NCBI RefSeq assembly: GCF_018350175.1 | Contig: NC_058369.1 | Location: 2,854,001 to 2,918,000 of the forward strand | Source: Felis catus | Lineage: Eukaryota | Reading direction: 5' to 3' | Length of the DNA stretch: 64,000 nucleotides | In this document: positions 39,230 through 64,000 of the stretch, piece after piece | How the letters are laid out: the number at the start of each line of letters is the position of its first letter | How positions within the stretch are numbered: position 1 is the first letter of the stretch | Notes under the pieces: model-generated | The model's input: only the letters and a program-made list of their open reading frames with translations | Told to the model about the DNA's origin: nothing | The model's database searches: none | Program-made: the position numbers and the translations under genes

Positions 39230-39600
39230 AATACCCACCAATAGATGAACAGATAAACAGAACACGGCCCACACGCGCACGTCCCTCGGCCGCCAGCAAG
39301 AGCGAGGCGCCCGCCCCCGCCGCCCCGCGGATGGACCCTGAACACACGACGCTCAGGGAGGGAACCGGACACGAGAGGCCCCACGGGGTGTGAGTCCACG
39401 TGTGCGAAACATCGTGGGGGCTGGGGAGGGTGAGGGTGACAGCTAATGGGGGCAAGCCTTCTGTTTGAGCTGATGGAATGTTCTGGAATTAGATGGTGGC
39501 GACGGTCGCGCATCTCAGCAAAAATAGCAAAAGCCACTGAGTTGTACACTTTGATATAAAGCAGCAAATTTTATATGCGTGTTACCACAATTAAAAAAGT
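39230..39600 (+). mobile_element. GC-enriched L1M 3' UTR fragment
   Basis: atagatgaacagataaac...gttctggaattagatggtggcgacgg...gccactgagttgtacactttg. Confidence 0.7.
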
Positions 39601-39871
39601 CATTTTGTGAGGCCTGTGGAAGTATTAAATGAGAAAAAGTCTAAGCACACGCAGAACAACGAGGAATCAAAGTTGAGACGGCGTCGCGTGGAGAAACACA
39701 GGCATCAAAATGGTATAAAGAGCCGACCCGCCACCGAGAGAGCACGAGAGACAAGACGGGAAGGCAACACGGCGTGTGTTCATAGTACTCGACCTCGTTT
39801 CCACTCTTTCGCTCTTCTGAAACTTCCAGGCTTTTTGTAATGGGAAAACCCAACGCAGTGAAGTTCCCCGG

Positions 39872-40330
39872 TGTGTTAAAATAGACGTAAAACTCACCGT
39901 CTCCAAGAGCACAGCTCAGCGGCGTCAGGCACACTCACACTGTCGTGCAGCCGCCCCCCCCCCATCTACGTCCAGAACTTTCCATCTCCCCAGGCTGAGA
40001 CTCTGTCCCCATGAAGCACGGACTCCCCGCCCCTGGCTCCCACCATCTACTCTCTGTCTCCGTGGGCGGGACTCCTCTAGGGGGTCACGCGGGACGTGTC
40101 CTTCTGTGTCTGGCTTCTGTCACGGCACCCAGTGACCTCCGGGTCCGTCCACGTGGTGGCAGGTGGCAGGACGCCCTTCCTTTTTAAAGCTGGGTAATAT
40201 TCCAGTGTCTGGGCAGGTGGGCCACAGTGGGCTTGTCCATTCACCTGCTGATGGGCACTCGGGTCGTGTCCACCACTGGGTCGCTGTGGATGCTGCTGCT
40301 GGGAATGTGGGGGGTGCAAGTACCCGTATC
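39872..40330 (-). mobile_element. GC-enriched L1M 3' UTR fragment
   Basis: Reverse complement is closely similar to 3900-4270. Confidence 0.75.
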
Positions 40331-42857
40331 CCAACTCTTTTTATTTTTTTTATGTGCAGAACTTGAACAGACACGAACGGGGCACGACCCCACCAACCCA
40401 GGCTGCCTGCTCCACCGTAGAAGAAACACGGGGCTCCTGGGAGAGGTGGAGCTGGCATTTCCCCCCCAAACGCTGTCGACACCGGCCGAGCCTCGGAGAT
40501 GCTCCCTGCACCCCTGGGGCGCGACTTATTTCGGACCAGAGACGCGGCGGGTTCTCACGGGTGTCAGTGTTGCCGGCGGCTCTGGATGGAGCCGGCTTCC
40601 ATGTTTGTCCTCCCCGGACCGCCTGCCAGGTGCGGCTCCAGCCCTGCCCACACTGCCCGCGTCATCCCTCCCACACTCACCGCGGTCTCCTAGCAACCGG
40701 GCTCGCCCGCCAGCATCCTGCAGCCTGAGGTCCAGGGATGGCGCTCCGGGGCCTGCTCTCCAGCCTCCCCGCCTGCCACGGGGCTGGCTCCGGGGTCCCC
40801 TGCCGGTGGGAAGAGGGCTGCAGGGGAGAGACCGGAAGAGACGCTCTGCGGGCCGGCGGCAAGCTCAGTCGCCCAGACGCTTCGTCCATCTGGACCCGGT
40901 GCTTCGCTAACCAACTGCTTGATTTTTTTCGGGAGTTGCTAGGGGGAGAGATTTAACTCCCTGTCAGCAGGATTGGCTTTAGGCCACCTGGTGCTGAGGA
41001 TACTGTCCCCGTTCCCCAGGAGCCGGGGGTGGGCCAGCGAACAGTGTGGGTGATGAGATGTCCCCAAGCTGCCCCCCTGCCAGGACCTGAGGGAGGAAGC
41101 CGGTCCGTGAGCACTTGCGTGCAGGTCACGGCGGCAGGACACGGGGCTCCCCGCGAAGCTGTGACGACCGCATCTGTCAAGTCTCCGCTGCAGAGGCGAA
41201 GCCACCTTCCTTCTGTCCTCTTGCCCCTGCCTTAGCGGAAGCCTCTCGGCCAAACTGTGACAACGGTCTCCTGGGATGAGGTGGACGCGGACTGTGTCTT
41301 CACTTCCAGGAGGCACGTTCCTGTCACAGGGAGACTCCCCTTGGGGTGCCGGAGCACAGTTTCAAGCATGTGACACATTTACTGAGCTGCCACCATGCAC
41401 TTGGTCTGTTCTGGCCCCGGGGGACACCCACGGTGGGTGGAGTGGGTACGCTTCCTGCCCACAGAGAATTCATGTCGCTGGGGGAAGGCGGGTGGCAGGT
41501 GATTTTAATCAGTGACGTGTGGTATAAAGAAAACGAATATAGTTATGTGACAGGGAGAGGTGGTCAGGGAGTCTTCTTGGAGGAGGGGACATCTGGGAGG
41601 AGAACCGAGGGAAGGGAGGAGTTGCCGGCCATACAGGTCAGAGAAGAGCTTACTAGGTAGTGGAAGTAGCATGTGCAAAGGCCCTGGGGTAAGAACAGGT
41701 TTGGCTGGTCTGAGGACAGCAAGAGACTGGTGGCTCTGAAGGGGCGTTATGGAAGGAGAGGGTGGCAGATGGGCTTTTGGGGGGCCTCACTGGGATTTGG
41801 AGTCGCCTGAATTTTACCACGAGCTCCCACTGCTGGAGGACTGAAGCAGCAGAGACAGTGCCGACGGTGATGGCTTGGGCTCGAGCACACAGGAACCCAG
41901 GAGGACTCCCCGGTAGTGGTGGTGGTGGTGAGCCTGGAGAGCTGGGCGAAGGGCAGAGCCACGGCCGGAGGAGGAGGCAGAGGATGTCGGGACCCTCCCT
42001 CAGACCCATCCCTTGTGCCCCATCCGTGGCCGCGGCCAGGACCAGCTGAGGGGCTGGCTCTGACTCCTAGGGATTGTTGGGCTGCCAACAAGGAAGGGGG
42101 CCCAGGGCCCCAGAGGCAGAGGAGAGGGGCCTGCCCTCCCGCGGGGGGTGGTGGTGCTTAGGCACCGGCCGGCTGCTTCCTGTTTCCAGTTGATAACGTG
42201 CCCTTGAGAACTAAGCAGGGCTTCGCCTGCCTCAGGGGGCTAAGAAGGGGGTCTGTGTGCGCCCAGCCCGTGCTCTGACACACGCACTCCCACCGGAGGC
42301 CCACGCTACCCCTGCTCCCCTCCCCGGAGCCTGACCGTTGCCTGGGGATGCCCTGGGGGCTTGAAGCTGTCAGCAGCTCAGCGGTGACCCAGTCTCCCCG
42401 TCTGAACCTCCCTATGCCCCCTGAGGTTTGCAACGAGGGTTTGGGAAAACTCTGGGGAACTCCTGGTAGGGGACCTACAGGCAGAGAGCCCCCCACCAAC
42501 TCAGCTTGGCCACCTCCTTCTCTAGGAAGCCCTCTGGGCCCCCAGCCTTCCCGTTGATGATCATTTCTAGGACCAGGCCAAGACAGGCTCCCTGAGTGGT
42601 CATGGGGCCTGTGCAAAATGACTGCTCCTCGGGGAGGGTCCCCAGGGCACCCTGGGGTGGGAATGGCCCGGGGGACGAACACACGGGGGCACAGCCTCCG
42701 GGCAGCACGCTGCTCACACTACGGCCTGAGTGTCAGAGAGAAATGCCGGCCAGCCGGGCACCCCCGCTCGGAGCCCTGAGGGAGCGGCGGGAGGGCGCAG
42801 CGGGGGCTCCGGACCCCAAGCAAGGACCGCACAGTCCACACCATGAGACATGACTTA

Positions 42858-42863
42858 TTTATT
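42858..42863 (-). terminator. ZFR2 polyadenylation signal AATAAA
   Basis: tttatt on the plus strand ~950 nt past the ZFR2 stop. Confidence 0.7.
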
Positions 42864-43808
42864 CCCCACCCTCGCAAACTTTCAGGTGGCTCTACGGAGA
42901 CATCAGACACAAAGCCACACTCAGACTGCCCCCTAAATACAGAAGCGGAATTTAAGGATTCAACTGACCACAGATGGCCTCGGCCCAAGGACGGACTTTC
43001 CCCCTTCAGTGCCGTGGGGCGACTGGGCAGGGAGGCTCGAGCACAGAGGGAGGACTGGGCAGGGCTGCCCCTCGTCCACCCGGGCTCCTGGCCCAGGCCC
43101 GGACCCAGACCTGCTGCACCCGGGTGGGGGCGGGGGGGGGGGTGCGTGAGGAATGACCGAGCAGCTCCCGCTCTAAGTAGAAGGCACTCGGTGGTACGGG
43201 GTCAGGGCAGACTGTGGGTCACAGACGTTTCTGGGGGGCCAGGGGTGCACCCAGCCTGCATCCTCACAGCCACTGGGCCCTCCCACCTCCCTGAGGGTGG
43301 ACGCTGGCCGGAAAGATGCCAGCTCCGGCCCTGCAGACCTCTGGGGTGGGGCGTCTCCAGGTTGGGGTCTGGAGGGGGGGCGGATGTGTTTGGGGCAGGC
43401 TGGGCCCAGGGACGGGGGATCCTGGCCTGGGTGCGTCCTCAGGCTTGGCCCCACCTGCCGGCTCTCCCTGGCCTGTCCCTGTGATGTGGTTTCAAGTCCA
43501 CGCAGGGCTGGGGCATCCGCAGGGAGCGCTCCGGAAGGCCACACACTTGGTGGGCCACAGGGTGAGCCCAAAGCCGGCAGGGTTTCGCTGTGCTGCACCT
43601 GCCAGCCCTCCGCGGGGCGGGCCTTCGGGTGCCGGCTGCTGCCCAGGGGGCCCTCACCCCGGGATAAGGTGATTTCCAGGAGGATTTAAGCAAAGTGTTT
43701 TTAAAGAAACCCACAGATCACTCTGGAAAGGAGAACACGGCCGTCCAGCGTCGGGATGAAGCGGCTGTGGTGAGGACGCGTCCAGGCGTACCCAGCGGGG
43801 GACGCTGC

Positions 43809-63605
<19,797 letters not shown>

Positions 63606-64000
63606 CTGAGGGCAAACAAAACCTCTCTGCAAAGCCACCCCTCTGCCCCCAACCTCCCCCCTCCCAGCAGTGGGAATCCCGGCCCCCCGTAGCCGTGGCA
63701 ACGGGCCTCTCCCGCTGCCTAGAACCAGCATGGTCCCAGGTGCTACTGGCCTCGAACTTCCTGGAAGTCTCAGCTGCAGCTGGAGGCCAGGGCCCCGGCC
63801 TCTCCCACCCCTCAAGTCCAAGTCCTCAGCAGAAACCCCTCCTTCCAGATCTCCTTCCAGTTCCGTGTCTCTGCCTCTCTTTCCTTCTCTCCCTCTCTCT
63901 CCTACACGGGCCCGGCCCTAGTTGAGACTTCGGCGCATATTTGAGAAGGCAGCCCTGACAGTCACACGACCCCTGGACCTCCTACGAATTGGGCAAGTTT

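Overview
GC-rich, intron-containing carnivore genomic DNA. The felid-type Can-SINEs suggest cat or a close relative. Gene order matches human 19p13.3: 3' part of TJP3 (+), complete APBA3 (-), MRPL54 (+), RAX2 (-), MATK (-), and the 3' ~16 coding exons of ZFR2 (-). All six reading frames were assembled by hand from GT-AG exons with consistent phases and no internal stops. The rest is Can-SINE, L1, L2, MIR, MER and MLT relics plus tandem repeats. I found no evidence for a new protein-coding gene; most long ORFs in the track are GC-rich artefacts. Most notable observations: (1) an intronic array of 16 TCTAGA sites, including perfect heat-shock elements, in APBA3; (2) apparent decay of both exons that encode the long N-termini of MATK, implying a short-isoform-only kinase; (3) dispersed old L1 3' relics that are GC-enriched and unexpectedly similar to each other; (4) a palindromic RAX/CRX-type enhancer upstream of RAX2; (5) a candidate TJP3 micro-exon or alternative acceptor that would remove the C-terminal PDZ ligand. 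Comparisons with human proteins are from recall and need confirming by alignment.
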